Of a stretch of DNA of 64,000 bases, positions 16,339 through 27,613 are shown one piece after another (positions within the stretch are counted from its first letter, which is position 1; every line of letters starts with the position of its first letter). The position numbers and the translations under genes were made by a program. The notes beneath the pieces are model-generated. The model searched no databases, was not told where the DNA came from, and saw nothing but the letters and a program-made list of their open reading frames with translations. Source of the DNA: an uncultured Planctomycetales bacterium (lineage in GTDB: Bacteria > Omnitrophota > Gorgyraeia > Aquiviventales > Aquiviventaceae); the NCBI GenBank assembly GCA_964373175.1, contig CAYJTP010000004.1, positions 6,651 through 70,650 on the forward strand, read 5' to 3'.

Positions 16339-17493
16339 CTAAAACTGCTGGATTTGACGAACATAGCCCTGAAGATTCCGCTTGAGTTCGCGCAAGGAAT
16401 CGCCCCCGAACTTCTCGAGAATCGCCTTCGCCAGCTCAAACGCAATCATCGCTTCCCCGATCACGCCGGCAGCGGGCACAGTACAGACATCCGAGCGCTC
16501 TACTGTGGCGACGACGGGGCGTTTCGTATTGATCTCAACCGAGCGAAGGGGTTTGCGCAGCGTTGAGAGCGGTTTCAAAAATCCCCGGACGATGACCGGC
16601 TGGCCCGTCGTCATGCCACCTTCAAACCCCCCTGCACGATTTGACGAGCGTGTGAACCCTGTTCGCTTGCTGTAGAAAATTTCATCCTGCACTTTCGAAC
16701 CTGGCAGCGAAGCGGCGAGCACCCCATCACCCACTTCAGCAGCTTTCACCGCGTGGATCGCGAGGATCGCGCGTGCCAAGATGGCATCCAACCGCCGGTC
16801 ATATTGGACATAACTCCCCAGTCCAGGCGGAACCCCCTCCGCGATCACTTCAAAAATTCCACCGAGGGTATCGCCCCGCTTCATGCAGGCGTCGATTTCG
16901 CGCATCATGTTCTTTGTCGCCTGTGGATCAAGACATCGGACAGGCGAGGCGTCCGCTTTTTTTCGAAGCTGCGCAATCGACAGCTTCGGGATGCGCGTGG
17001 CACGCGTTGCGCCGATGGCCACGATGTGGCTCGCGAGCTCAATCCCCAGCTCACCCAGGAGTTGCTTGCAGATGGCTCCAACAGCCACCCGTGCTGCGGT
17101 CTCCCGGGCGCTGGCCCGCTCCAGGACATTGCGGATGTCCCGATGGTCGTATTTCATCGCGCCGGTCAGATCGGCATGCCCGGGTCTGGGCTGCGTGACC
17201 ACTAGCAAACGGTCGATGGAAAAGTCTTTGTTGGCAATCTGCAGCGACACCGGGCTTCCCAACGTCACGCCCTTGCGAAGCCCAGAGAGGATCTCGACCC
17301 GATCGGTCTCAAACTGCATACGGGGACCGCGGCCATACCCAAACTGCCGGCGCTTCATCTCGACGTCAATCGCCTCTTGCCGGATCCTCACTCCTGCCGG
17401 CAGACCATCGAGGATGGCCACCAGACATTTGCCGTGTGATTCACCCGCTGTCAAGAAGCGTAACATCAGGCTCTCCACCCGACCAAGGACCAC
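16339..17493 (-). CDS. aroC: Chorismate synthase
   Basis: MLRFLTAGESHGKCLVAILDGLPAG… and conserved AroC blocks (…GRSSNRAGGFEGGMTTGQPV…). 384 aa. Confidence 0.95.
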   Translation of the reverse strand: MVLGRVESLMLRFLTAGESHGKCLVAILDGLPAGVRIRQEAIDVEMKRRQFGYGRGPRMQFETDRVEILSGLRKGVTLGSPVSLQIANKDFSIDRLLVVTQPRPGHADLTGAMKYDHRDIRNVLERASARETAARVAVGAICKQLLGELGIELASHIVAIGATRATRIPKLSIAQLRKKADASPVRCLDPQATKNMMREIDACMKRGDTLGGIFEVIAEGVPPGLGSYVQYDRRLDAILARAILAIHAVKAAEVGDGVLAASLPGSKVQDEIFYSKRTGFTRSSNRAGGFEGGMTTGQPVIVRGFLKPLSTLRKPLRSVEINTKRPVVATVERSDVCTVPAAGVIGEAMIAFELAKAILEKFGGDSLRELKRNLQGYVRQIQQF

Positions 17494-18290
17494 AAGATTT
17501 GAATCGTCTCCTCAATGCCAGTTCTCTGGATCAGCAGAGATCCGCTAAAGAGGGACAGGACGAGCGCCAACGAGAGAAAGGGCCCATACGGAATCACGTG
17601 TGACCGTTTCCACAACAGCACCCCCACACCCGGGATCAGGGCGAGGACTGGAGCGATGAAAAACGTGAAGGTCACCAGTTTCCATCCCAGGATTGACCCC
17701 GCCATCGCCAGCAATTTCACGTCCCCCCCACCCATGGCCTCTTTGCGAAACAAGACGCTTCCAAGCGCCCCGGTTGTGTACAACAACCCTCCCCCCACCG
17801 CCGCGCCAAGGAGAGCACGCTTCAGGGAGACCAAGGCGTGGTCGGTCCCATGAAGGTGGGGGACGAGCAGGCTGAGCAACAGTCCGATGATGAGTCCCCC
17901 GACACTGATTTCATCAGGAATGATCTGGTGCTCCAGATCAATGAAGCTCGCCACCAGGAGCGCCCACACGAACGCCAGATAGATCACCCCAACAACCCCC
18001 ACCCCAAAATGATGGAGCACGGCAACCGTCGACAAGCCACTCAAGGCTTCCACGACGGGGTAGCGCCAGTGGATCGTCGTGTGGCAATGCCGACACCGGG
18101 CGCCAAGCGCCAGGTAACTGAGGATCGGGATGTTGTCATACCACGCGATGGGGCGCTGGCACTGCGGACAGTGCGACCGCGGGTGGATGATCGACTCCTC
18201 GCGAGGCAACCGATAAATGCAGACATTAAGGAAACTCCCCACCATTGCTCCGAGGACGAACCATATCATCCACATCAGTCCATAGTCCAT
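17466..18290 (-). CDS. pilD: Prepilin peptidase / type IV leader peptidase (peptidase A24)
   Basis: N-terminal Cys-rich region (CPQCQRPIAWYDNIPILSYLALGARCRHC) plus multi-TM body with the catalytic Asp region (…GGGDVKLLAMAG…). It overlaps aroC by 28 nt. Confidence 0.85.
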   Translation of the reverse strand: MDYGLMWMIWFVLGAMVGSFLNVCIYRLPREESIIHPRSHCPQCQRPIAWYDNIPILSYLALGARCRHCHTTIHWRYPVVEALSGLSTVAVLHHFGVGVVGVIYLAFVWALLVASFIDLEHQIIPDEISVGGLIIGLLLSLLVPHLHGTDHALVSLKRALLGAAVGGGLLYTTGALGSVLFRKEAMGGGDVKLLAMAGSILGWKLVTFTFFIAPVLALIPGVGVLLWKRSHVIPYGPFLSLALVLSLFSGSLLIQRTGIEETIQILWSLVGWRA

Positions 18291-18356
18291 GGTCCATAGT
18301 CCATAGTCAACAACGAGGTTGCCGGTGGACCATCGACGATTGACTATGGACTATCG
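18279..18356. repeat. Tandem TCCATAGTC/TCCATGGTC octamer repeats (x4) with a downstream inverted copy (gactatggactatcgac).
   Basis: gtccatagtccatggtccatagtccatagtc…gactatggactatcgactg. It spans the aroE-pilD spacer and supplies the pilD initiation codons (ATGGACTATGGACTG = MDYGL). Confidence 0.7.
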
Positions 18357-19259
18357 ACTGCGTGTACGAAGCGCCTGCTCTACCGCCCGGCGCATCACGT
18401 CAATCGGCGGCGGCCGATGCCACCACAGCCTGAATGACTCGGCTCCTTGGTATACTAACATCGGAAGTCCATCCACCGCAAGCGCCCCGCGCCGTCTGGC
18501 CTCCAGCACCAGCTTCGTCGTTGGGGCGCGATAGACCAGGTCGACCACCACCAGCCCCTTGCGAATGGTGCGCGGGGGAACCGGAAGCGGATCGCCGAGG
18601 CGAAGCCCCAGACTCGTCGCATTCACCAGCAGGTCGACCTCCTGAAGACGCCGTCCAATCGCCCGGCGCTCGAAGGGAATCGTCGTCAGCTCGAGGCGCT
18701 CGTGTGTCCCCTGCCGTGATGCGGCACGTCGTAACCACCGGATGAACCTGTTCGTATGCGCCGGTGTGCGGTTCGCCACCGTGATGCGCTCAGGAACCGC
18801 TTGCGTCAGCACCCACCCCACCGCTCGGGCCGCTCCTCCCGTCCCTAAGAGCAGAATGCGTTTCCCCCGACTATGCCAGTGGAGCGCTTCACGGAGCACC
18901 TGACGAAATCCGGCGACATCGGTGTTATACCCGATGAAGCGGCTGCCCTTGCGAACCAGGGTATTCACAGCCCCAACGACCGAGGCCGACTCATCAAGGT
19001 CTGTCCGTGGATTCAACGACCGCATGATCCGCTCTTTGTGCGGAACGGTGATATTCAACCCATCAATGCCGGCCGCTGCTAAACCCTGAAACACCGGGCC
19101 AAGGACTCGGGGCGGGACTTCGAACGGCGCATAGATGGCATCCAGCCCAAGGGCGTCAAAGGCCGCCGTATGCATGAGGGGAGACAGGCTGTGACTGATC
19201 GGGTAGCCGACCACCCCGAAGACACGCGTCATTGGAACGTGGCACGGGGCATGAGACAA
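18351..19259 (-). CDS. aroE: Shikimate dehydrogenase
   Basis: …VFGVVGYPISHSLSPLMHTAAFDALGLDAIYAPFEV… and an NADP-binding GTGGAARAV motif. The likely true start is the internal Met (MTRVFGVV, ~19232). Confidence 0.85.
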   Translation of the reverse strand: MSHAPCHVPMTRVFGVVGYPISHSLSPLMHTAAFDALGLDAIYAPFEVPPRVLGPVFQGLAAAGIDGLNITVPHKERIMRSLNPRTDLDESASVVGAVNTLVRKGSRFIGYNTDVAGFRQVLREALHWHSRGKRILLLGTGGAARAVGWVLTQAVPERITVANRTPAHTNRFIRWLRRAASRQGTHERLELTTIPFERRAIGRRLQEVDLLVNATSLGLRLGDPLPVPPRTIRKGLVVVDLVYRAPTTKLVLEARRRGALAVDGLPMLVYQGAESFRLWWHRPPPIDVMRRAVEQALRTRSR

Positions 19260-19318
19260 GGGGCAAGGGGATTATGCGGGGCTTTCTGCCCCACGCCCCG
19301 TGTCTCACGCCCCATATT

Positions 19319-20902
<1,584 letters not shown>

Positions 20903-20997
20903 GGAATGTCTCGACTAAATCAGGGGCGAGGGACGTGGGGCACGGGGCGTGGGCTCTCTGAGGCCGCCTTCGCCCCCTGTCTCCTGCCCCTTGCCCC

Positions 20998-21248
20998 TCA
21001 TTCTTCCACTCCGCCTTCCTCGATATAGGGCTCGATGAGATCCAGGAGACGATCGAGCGCGTCGAGCAGCTCGTGCTCACCGGTCTCGATCAAGCTGTGG
21101 CGGACCGCAGCCAGATCCACCCGTTTGGTAATAATGGCCTCGGAGAGCGCATTAGCCAGCTGACCCCGTTCACTCGCTGGGGTGTCATGGAAGGCTCGCA
21201 GCGCATGGATAAACACCTGCGGGTCTTGGACCTGTCCCTCAAACATAC

Positions 21249-21252
<4 letters not shown>
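20998..21252 (-). CDS. Hypothetical small acidic protein (84 aa). Its start overlaps the ilvC stop (ATGA).
   Basis: ORF only, with no recognisable motif. Its position inside the ilvC-leuA operon and the 4-nt overlap suggest it is real. Confidence 0.4.
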
Positions 21253-22367
<1,115 letters not shown>

Positions 22368-22403
22368 CCTGACTCCTGGTTAAGCGAGTGTCTTGTGCAT
22401 CGT

Positions 22404-22475
22404 TGTTCGTCTGTCGGTTACGCTACCCGTTTCGTAGTTCGGTAACGTCGTTCGCTTTTACGAATTTACGAACTA
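22404..22475. promoter_or_regulatory. Complex dyad (tcgtagttcggtaacg … cgaactacgtaacc) in the spacer upstream of ilvC. Candidate operator or attenuator-like structure.
   Basis: cggttacgctacccgtttcgtagttcggtaacgtcgttcgcttttacgaatttacgaactacgtaacc. The arms are mutual reverse complements. The region is AT-richer than the background. Confidence 0.35.
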
Positions 22476-22502
22476 CGTAACCACATGACGACACGGGTCG
22501 CG

Positions 22503-22898
22503 TCACCGATCACCGAAAACCGATAGCCGACCCGATGACTTAAACCAGGCTTTCACATGAGGCCGGGTCAAATAGCGAATCACCACCAGCTGGATCGAAG
22601 CGATGCCGGTCGCCAAGACGCTGCGCATCGGTTGGGGGGCGGCTTGGGCAATCGCAAGCCCCGCATTCGCCAGCGCCCCAACCAAGATGAGCCCTGAAGA
22701 CCAGATGGCGAGCTTCCGGGCCCACGGCTTCAACCACGCAAGTCCCACGACCAGGACCGCGGAGACACCACACCACACGCTCAGCCACAGGATGGCTCCG
22801 TGGACCTGCCCGTGCCAGAGCTTCCAGAGCGTCGCGGCTGAGGCGGTAGCTAATCCAGCATACCACAGCACCAAGAGCGCAATCGGCCACGGAACCAT
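22503..22898 (-). CDS. Hypothetical small membrane protein (~4 TM) within the ilv operon
   Basis: MVPWPIALLVLWYAGLATASAATLWKLWHG… with hydrophobic helices. The listed ORF extends upstream to 23015 through a repeat-containing spacer. The internal Met at ~22898 is preferred. Confidence 0.5.
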   Translation of the reverse strand: MVPWPIALLVLWYAGLATASAATLWKLWHGQVHGAILWLSVWCGVSAVLVVGLAWLKPWARKLAIWSSGLILVGALANAGLAIAQAAPQPMRSVLATGIASIQLVVIRYLTRPHVKAWFKSSGRLSVFGDR

Positions 22899-22904
22899 TA
22901 CGGC

Positions 22905-23045
22905 CTCACTTCGTTCGGCCGAGTGACAAGTGATAGGTGATGAGTGACGAGGAAAAACCGATCGGGCATCATCAGTTTTGGAAACTGTTACTAATGGCTT
23001 GTTAGATTGGTTCAATTCTCAATCTATCACTTATCATCCATCACC
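22905..23045. repeat. Inverted pair of GTGAYRRGTGA-type units (agtgacaagtgataggtgatgagtgac … tcacttatcatccatcaccgatcactg) flanking an AT-rich 60-nt core
   Basis: Seen directly between the ilvN stop and the membrane-protein gene. The motif resembles the IRs flanking the four-helix-bundle cassette at 26695-27120. Confidence 0.5.
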
Positions 23046-23047
23046 GA

Positions 23048-23554
23048 TCACTGTTTTTCAAGGGCGACGCGGCCCGTCCGCACCAGCTTCAGAATTCCAT
23101 GCGGACGTAACTGCTCGACGAGCTGATCCAACGCCTTCGTATCCCCGGACGCTTCAACGACGACCGAGGTTTCGGTCGCATCCGCCAGCTTGCCCCCAAA
23201 CCGCTCAGCGACTTGCTGCAACGCCGCCTTGGTCTGCCCGTTGGCCTTCACCCGGGCCAAGAGCAGTTCCCGATCCATGAACTCGCCCTCCCGCAGCTCC
23301 TGGACCTCGATCACATCGATCAGGCGGCCGAGCTGCCGCTTGACCTGCTCGAGCTTCAGGGCATCCGCGTCGACGACGATCGTCATGCGCGAGATCGTCG
23401 GGTCTTCGGTCGTGCTGACCGTCAAAGAGTCAATGTTGAAGGCCCGCGCGCTGATCAGGCCCGAGACGCGCGCCAAGACGCCGAAATGGTTTTCCACCAG
23501 ACACGAGATCGTATGCTTGTCGCCCATCGAGGTGGTTGACGTCGGGTTAGCCAA
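23048..23554 (-). CDS. ilvN: Acetolactate synthase small (regulatory) subunit
   Basis: ACT domain (HTISCLVENHFGVLARVSGLISARAFNIDSLTV). It overlaps ilvB by 8 nt. Confidence 0.9.
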   Translation of the reverse strand: MANPTSTTSMGDKHTISCLVENHFGVLARVSGLISARAFNIDSLTVSTTEDPTISRMTIVVDADALKLEQVKRQLGRLIDVIEVQELREGEFMDRELLLARVKANGQTKAALQQVAERFGGKLADATETSVVVEASGDTKALDQLVEQLRPHGILKLVRTGRVALEKQ

Positions 23555-25292
23555 GACTCAGCTTGGCCTCTTCATCGGGCTCTCGGTGACGGTACTGCGG
23601 GATTCCGCCTTCACCTTTCAAGGTCTCATACGTCCCGAGCATTTGATCATGCGCTTTCCCCGGGGCGATCATCGGCCAGCAGTCCTCGGATTCCTCGACC
23701 AGAAAATCGATCACCGTCGGGCGATCGCGCACCGCCATCGCCCGTTTAATCGCTGGACGCACGTCAGGTTTGCGCTCGACGCGGATCCCGACACAGCCAA
23801 ACGCCTCCGCGAGTTTCACAAAATCAATCGTGTTGAGTTTTGATTGCGCGTGGCGGCCTTGGTAGAACAGGTCCTGCCACTGGCGCACCATCCCGTGGTG
23901 CTGGTTGTTCATGATGGCGACCTTGATGGGCAGGTTGTGTTGCGCGGCGGTGGCCAGCTCCTGCGCCGTCATCTGAAAACTTCCGTCGCCATCGATGTCC
24001 CAGACCGTGGCCTCCGGACGCCCAAACTGGGCGCCGATGGCCGCCGGCAAGCCAAACCCCATGGTGCCCAAGCCGCCACTCGTGATGAGCGAGCGCGGCA
24101 GATTGAACTGGTAGAACTGGGCCGTCCACATCTGATGCTGGCCGACCCCGGTGGCGATGATGGCGCTACCCTTCGTCAATTCGGAAATCTGCTGGATGAC
24201 GAACTGCGGCAGCAGCTTCTTCTTTTCCCGGTACACCAACGGGTACTTCGCCCGCATCCCCTGAATCGTCTTCAGCCACGCGCGGGTGTCCCCGGGCTTG
24301 ACGATTCGATTGAGCTCTTGGAGCACTTGCTTCACATCGCCCACGATGGGGATATCGACCACGACGGTTTTATTGATCGACGAGGGATCGACGTCGATGT
24401 GGATTTTCTTGGCGCGTTTGGCAAACTCATCAGGCTTGCCGGTCACCCGGTCGTCAAACCGCGCCCCAATGCCAATGAGCAGATCACATTGGGCCACGGC
24501 GTAGTTCGTGTATTCAAAGCCGTGCATCCCCAACATCCCCAAACTCAACGGATCGGTCTCCGGAAATCCCCCAAGACCGAGCAGGCTCGTCGTCACGGGA
24601 ATGTGCGTCTTGCGGGCCAACTCCGCTAGCTCCTGCGCCGCTCCGGCATGGATGACCCCCGCCCCGGCATAAATAACGGGCTGGTTGCTGTTCGCAATGG
24701 CCTCAGCAGCGGCCTTGATGGCGCCGAGGTCTGGCTCCGGGAAGGCCTGGACGCGGTAGCCGCGGATGTTGATCTGCTCGGGGTAGAGAAACTCTGTCTC
24801 GGCGACGGTGGTATCGACCGGCAGGTCGATGAGCACTGGACCAGGTCGACCGGTGCGCGCAAGGTAAAAGGCTTCCTTCACCACCCGGGCCATGTCCCGA
24901 ACGTCTTTGACGAGATAGCTGTGTTTCGTGATGGGGCGGGTAATCCCCATCGTATCAGCTTCCTGGAAGGCGTCGTTGCCGATCACGGTCGTGCGAACCT
25001 GACCCGTCAGGGCGACGATCGGGATGGAATCCATGAAGGCCGTCGCAATGCCGGTAACGAGGTTGGTGGCGCCGGGTCCCGACGTCGCCAGGCACACCCC
25101 CACCTTGCCGGTCGCTCTGGCATAGCCATCTGCCATGTGCGCCGCGCCCTGCTCATGGACGGTCAGGATCACCTTGATGGACGACTGGTACAACGCATCA
25201 AAGGTCGGCAGGTTGGCCCCGCCAGGAATCCCGAACGCGATCTCCACATTTTCGCGTTTCAAGCACTCGATGAGAATTTGCGCTCCCTTCAT
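23547..25292 (-). CDS. ilvB: Acetolactate synthase large subunit
   Basis: ThDP-enzyme motifs (…GIPGGANLPTFDAL…, …GLGTMGFGLPAAIGAQFG…) over 581 aa. Confidence 0.95.
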   Translation of the reverse strand: MKGAQILIECLKRENVEIAFGIPGGANLPTFDALYQSSIKVILTVHEQGAAHMADGYARATGKVGVCLATSGPGATNLVTGIATAFMDSIPIVALTGQVRTTVIGNDAFQEADTMGITRPITKHSYLVKDVRDMARVVKEAFYLARTGRPGPVLIDLPVDTTVAETEFLYPEQINIRGYRVQAFPEPDLGAIKAAAEAIANSNQPVIYAGAGVIHAGAAQELAELARKTHIPVTTSLLGLGGFPETDPLSLGMLGMHGFEYTNYAVAQCDLLIGIGARFDDRVTGKPDEFAKRAKKIHIDVDPSSINKTVVVDIPIVGDVKQVLQELNRIVKPGDTRAWLKTIQGMRAKYPLVYREKKKLLPQFVIQQISELTKGSAIIATGVGQHQMWTAQFYQFNLPRSLITSGGLGTMGFGLPAAIGAQFGRPEATVWDIDGDGSFQMTAQELATAAQHNLPIKVAIMNNQHHGMVRQWQDLFYQGRHAQSKLNTIDFVKLAEAFGCVGIRVERKPDVRPAIKRAMAVRDRPTVIDFLVEESEDCWPMIAPGKAHDQMLGTYETLKGEGGIPQYRHREPDEEAKLSLG

Positions 25293-25304
25293 GCCTTGAG
25301 CCTC

Positions 25305-25395
25305 GTGATGATCCCTTCACGCTTGCCCGCCCCCCCGGCCCGCCGCGAGCGACAGCCGGGGCGGGCAGCGATAGCGAAAGGCGGGCCGGGGAGGC
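25305..25395. mobile_element. Partial, inverted copy of the TIR element core (the ccccccggcccgccg…gacagccggggcgggc… segment), immediately 5' of the ilvB start
   Basis: gcccgcccccccggcccgccgcgagcgacagccggggcgggcagcgatagcgaaaggcgggccgggg is approximately the reverse complement of the interior of the copies at 28479-28706 and 34447-34600. Confidence 0.5.
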
Positions 25396-25418
25396 ACTCA
25401 ACCAGGATGTGCGCGCCT

Positions 25419-25572
25419 TTCATCCCACCACCTGCGCCGCACGGCGGCGTTGTATCGTTGGTCCCACCATCGGCGCCGTGGCAAAGCCAAAACCCACAGC
25501 GTTGGGCAAATTAGAGGCCATTGGCTTCGTGGTCCGCCGTAGGCGGACCAGCGCAGGTGGTGGGATCATCTT
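25419..25572. mobile_element. MITE-like element with 16-bp terminal inverted repeats ATCCCACCACCTGCGC / GCGCAGGTGGTGGGAT (variant of the ATCCCCCCACCTG family)
   Basis: ttcatcccaccacctgcgcc … gcgcaggtggtgggatcatc. The TIRs are perfect and ~110 nt apart. It lies in the ilvB 5' region. Confidence 0.55.
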
Positions 25573-25726
25573 CTCAGGCATTCCGCGGACTCTTCATCCC
25601 TTTCACCCTGCCTGCCCGCGCCGAACATCGTGAGGCAGGCGGGCCTGACCGACGCCAGCTGAGGCGAGTGGTCAACCCGCTGATCGCCGTGATCGCGCAG
25701 GGAGGTCTTTGAAAAGACAAATTGTT

Positions 25727-25735
25727 ATTATACCA
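25727..25735 (-). promoter_or_regulatory. Candidate extended -10 promoter element (TGGTATAAT on the minus strand) ~430 nt upstream of ilvB
   Basis: The plus strand reads attatacca. The region is AT-rich and a weak TTGAC lies upstream. Sequence only. Confidence 0.3.
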
Positions 25736-25930
25736 CGGAACGGCCCGTCAAGGAGCGCCGCGTCTTACGGGCTAGGGGCTTGAGGCAGCGGCCGGGGTCG
25801 TGCGGCGACCCCGCCATCGGGCCACGGCCTTCGGCCGTAGGCCCGCGCTGCTTCTTCAAACGCGGGGGCGGGATGTCGCCCCCCCGGCCCGACGCTGGCG
25901 CGAGCCGGGGCGGGCAGGTGGAGCGTGGTA

Positions 25931-26692
25931 TCAGGGTGCCACGCCCGCCTGCCCCCTGTTCCCCCTGGCGGGCAGGGGCTCTGCCCGTGGGGCTCCACTT
26001 GCGGTGTTCTTGGGCTGGATCGAGCAGGTGAGGGGATAGAGATAGAGCGGCACGAGATCGCGCGGATTGTCCGTATGTCCTTGGTGGAGCCGTTCAAGAC
26101 CCAGCCGCCCGAGCGTCGCGGCCCGAGGCATCCAGAGCTCCGGAGCCGCGAAGAGGGCTCGACTCCCGTAGCGTTGGGTCAGTGGCTCTCGATAGAGCGT
26201 CACGCCATCGCCGAGGAAGACGATGGAACCATCATATGTGATGAGGGTGGGCAATTCCTCGATCGTGACGAGGTGGTAGTCTGACTGCTTGCGCAACGTG
26301 CCGTCGATGACTCGGTAGCACGCCGTATAGACCTTGCGCTGCTTGGCATCCACGATGGGACAGATGGCATGGGGCACAAGCGGCAGGTGTGCAGCTAAGA
26401 CATCAAGCGAGGCAACACCCACCACCGGTGTGTGCGTGCGAAAAGCGAGGGCTTTCACAAATGCGACCCCGATCCGCAAGCCGGTGAAGGACCCTGGACC
26501 GATGTCCACGACGATAGCCTCCAGCTGCTCCAACGTCTGGTTGGCGGTCTGCAACACCCTAGTCACGGCTTGGGGAAGTTCAACGGCGTGTGGGCGCTCC
26601 GCGAAGATCTCATAGGAGGCCAGCACTCGGACTTCCTCCACCACGGCCACGCCAAGCTGGTCGGTCGCTGTGTCAATCGCGAGAACACTCAT
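25931..26692 (-). CDS. tsaB: tRNA threonylcarbamoyladenosine biosynthesis protein TsaB (YeaZ)
   Basis: MSVLAIDTATDQLGVAVV…IVVDIGPGSFTGLRIGVAFVKALA… The listed C-terminal ~30 aa run through REP-type repeats and may not be native. Confidence 0.85.
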   Translation of the reverse strand: MSVLAIDTATDQLGVAVVEEVRVLASYEIFAERPHAVELPQAVTRVLQTANQTLEQLEAIVVDIGPGSFTGLRIGVAFVKALAFRTHTPVVGVASLDVLAAHLPLVPHAICPIVDAKQRKVYTACYRVIDGTLRKQSDYHLVTIEELPTLITYDGSIVFLGDGVTLYREPLTQRYGSRALFAAPELWMPRAATLGRLGLERLHQGHTDNPRDLVPLYLYPLTCSIQPKNTASGAPRAEPLPARGNRGQAGVAP

Positions 26693-26694
26693 GG

Positions 26695-27120
26695 GTTTCG
26701 TGACCCGTGATTCGTGGCTCGTGACCCGTCAGAGACTATGAATGAGTCTGACAAGCATGCGAGTTTCGTGGTTCACGGCTTCTGCGATGATCTGCATTTG
26801 CGGTGGATGCACATATCTCCTTCTTTGAGCGATAATCAACAATGTGTCCAACTCAGCACACGAACCTAACGAGACGTAAAGATGCTGCTGGTACTCCTTG
26901 GTATGGTGCCTGACAAAGCCTTCAGCGATATTCGTTGGGATTGACACGGCCGCACGTCTCATCTGACTGCTTAACCCATACATCTCCGATTGCGGAAAAG
27001 TCTCTGTCAGTTCGTAAACCAGACCGACGATTTCAACACCTTTTTGCCACACTTGAAGATCTTTATAGTCCTTCACCTTCATCGGCAGTTTACGGATCAC
27101 GGGTCACTGGTCACGAGTCA
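26695..27120. mobile_element. Low-GC cassette carrying a four-helix-bundle gene, flanked by inverted repeats built from GTGACCCGTGA units
   Basis: Left flank ttcgtgacccgtgattcgtggctcgtgacccgtcag. Right flank cggatcacgggtcactggtcacgagtcacggc, which is the reverse-complement arrangement. The enclosed gene is ~48% GC against ~62% for its neighbours. Confidence 0.55.
26729..27100 (-). CDS. Four-helix-bundle protein of the 23S rRNA intervening-sequence protein family
   Basis: 123 aa. …WQKGVEIVGLVYELTETFPQSEMYGLSSQMRRAAVSIPTNIAEGFVRHHTKEYQQHLYVSLGSCAELDT… matches this family as recalled. Confidence 0.7.
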   Translation of the reverse strand: MIRKLPMKVKDYKDLQVWQKGVEIVGLVYELTETFPQSEMYGLSSQMRRAAVSIPTNIAEGFVRHHTKEYQQHLYVSLGSCAELDTLLIIAQRRRYVHPPQMQIIAEAVNHETRMLVRLIHSL

Positions 27121-27613
27121 CGGCAAGTTTCTGGACCAGTTGGGATGAACGGGGCCCGTGGCTGATCGCCGCGATGGTCCGCTGGTTGGTCGTCCGATGG
27201 GTCAGGTAGATTTCGAGGTAGTCCTCTGGGAGACAGCCGCTGAATCGATCCGCCCACTCAATCACCGTCGCCTTCTTTGACGAGAACACCCATTCCAGGT
27301 CCAACCAGACGGCGGAGGCCGCGCCCTCCAACCGATACCCGTCGATATGGATCAGGGGGAGGCGTCCTTGATGCTCGCGTAAGAGGATAAAGGTCGGGCT
27401 TTTCACGCCTCCCGGATCGATGCCAAGCCCTTTCGCGATCCCTTGCACGAAGGTCGTCTTGCCACTGCCCAGTTCCCCCACCAGACCCACCACATCCCCC
27501 TGTGCCAGGAGCTCGCCGAGCCGCTCGCCGAGTTGGTGGGTCTCCTCCACCGAGCGGCTGATCAGTTCAAAAATGTTTGAAGCCTTTTGGGATGAGCGAG
27601 GTGATGCGGCCAT
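27104..27613 (-). CDS. tsaE: tRNA threonylcarbamoyladenosine biosynthesis ATPase TsaE (YjeE)
   Basis: Walker A VVGLVGELGSGKTTFVQGIAKGLG. ~160 aa. Confidence 0.85.
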   Translation of the reverse strand: MAASPRSSQKASNIFELISRSVEETHQLGERLGELLAQGDVVGLVGELGSGKTTFVQGIAKGLGIDPGGVKSPTFILLREHQGRLPLIHIDGYRLEGAASAVWLDLEWVFSSKKATVIEWADRFSGCLPEDYLEIYLTHRTTNQRTIAAISHGPRSSQLVQKLAVTRDQ

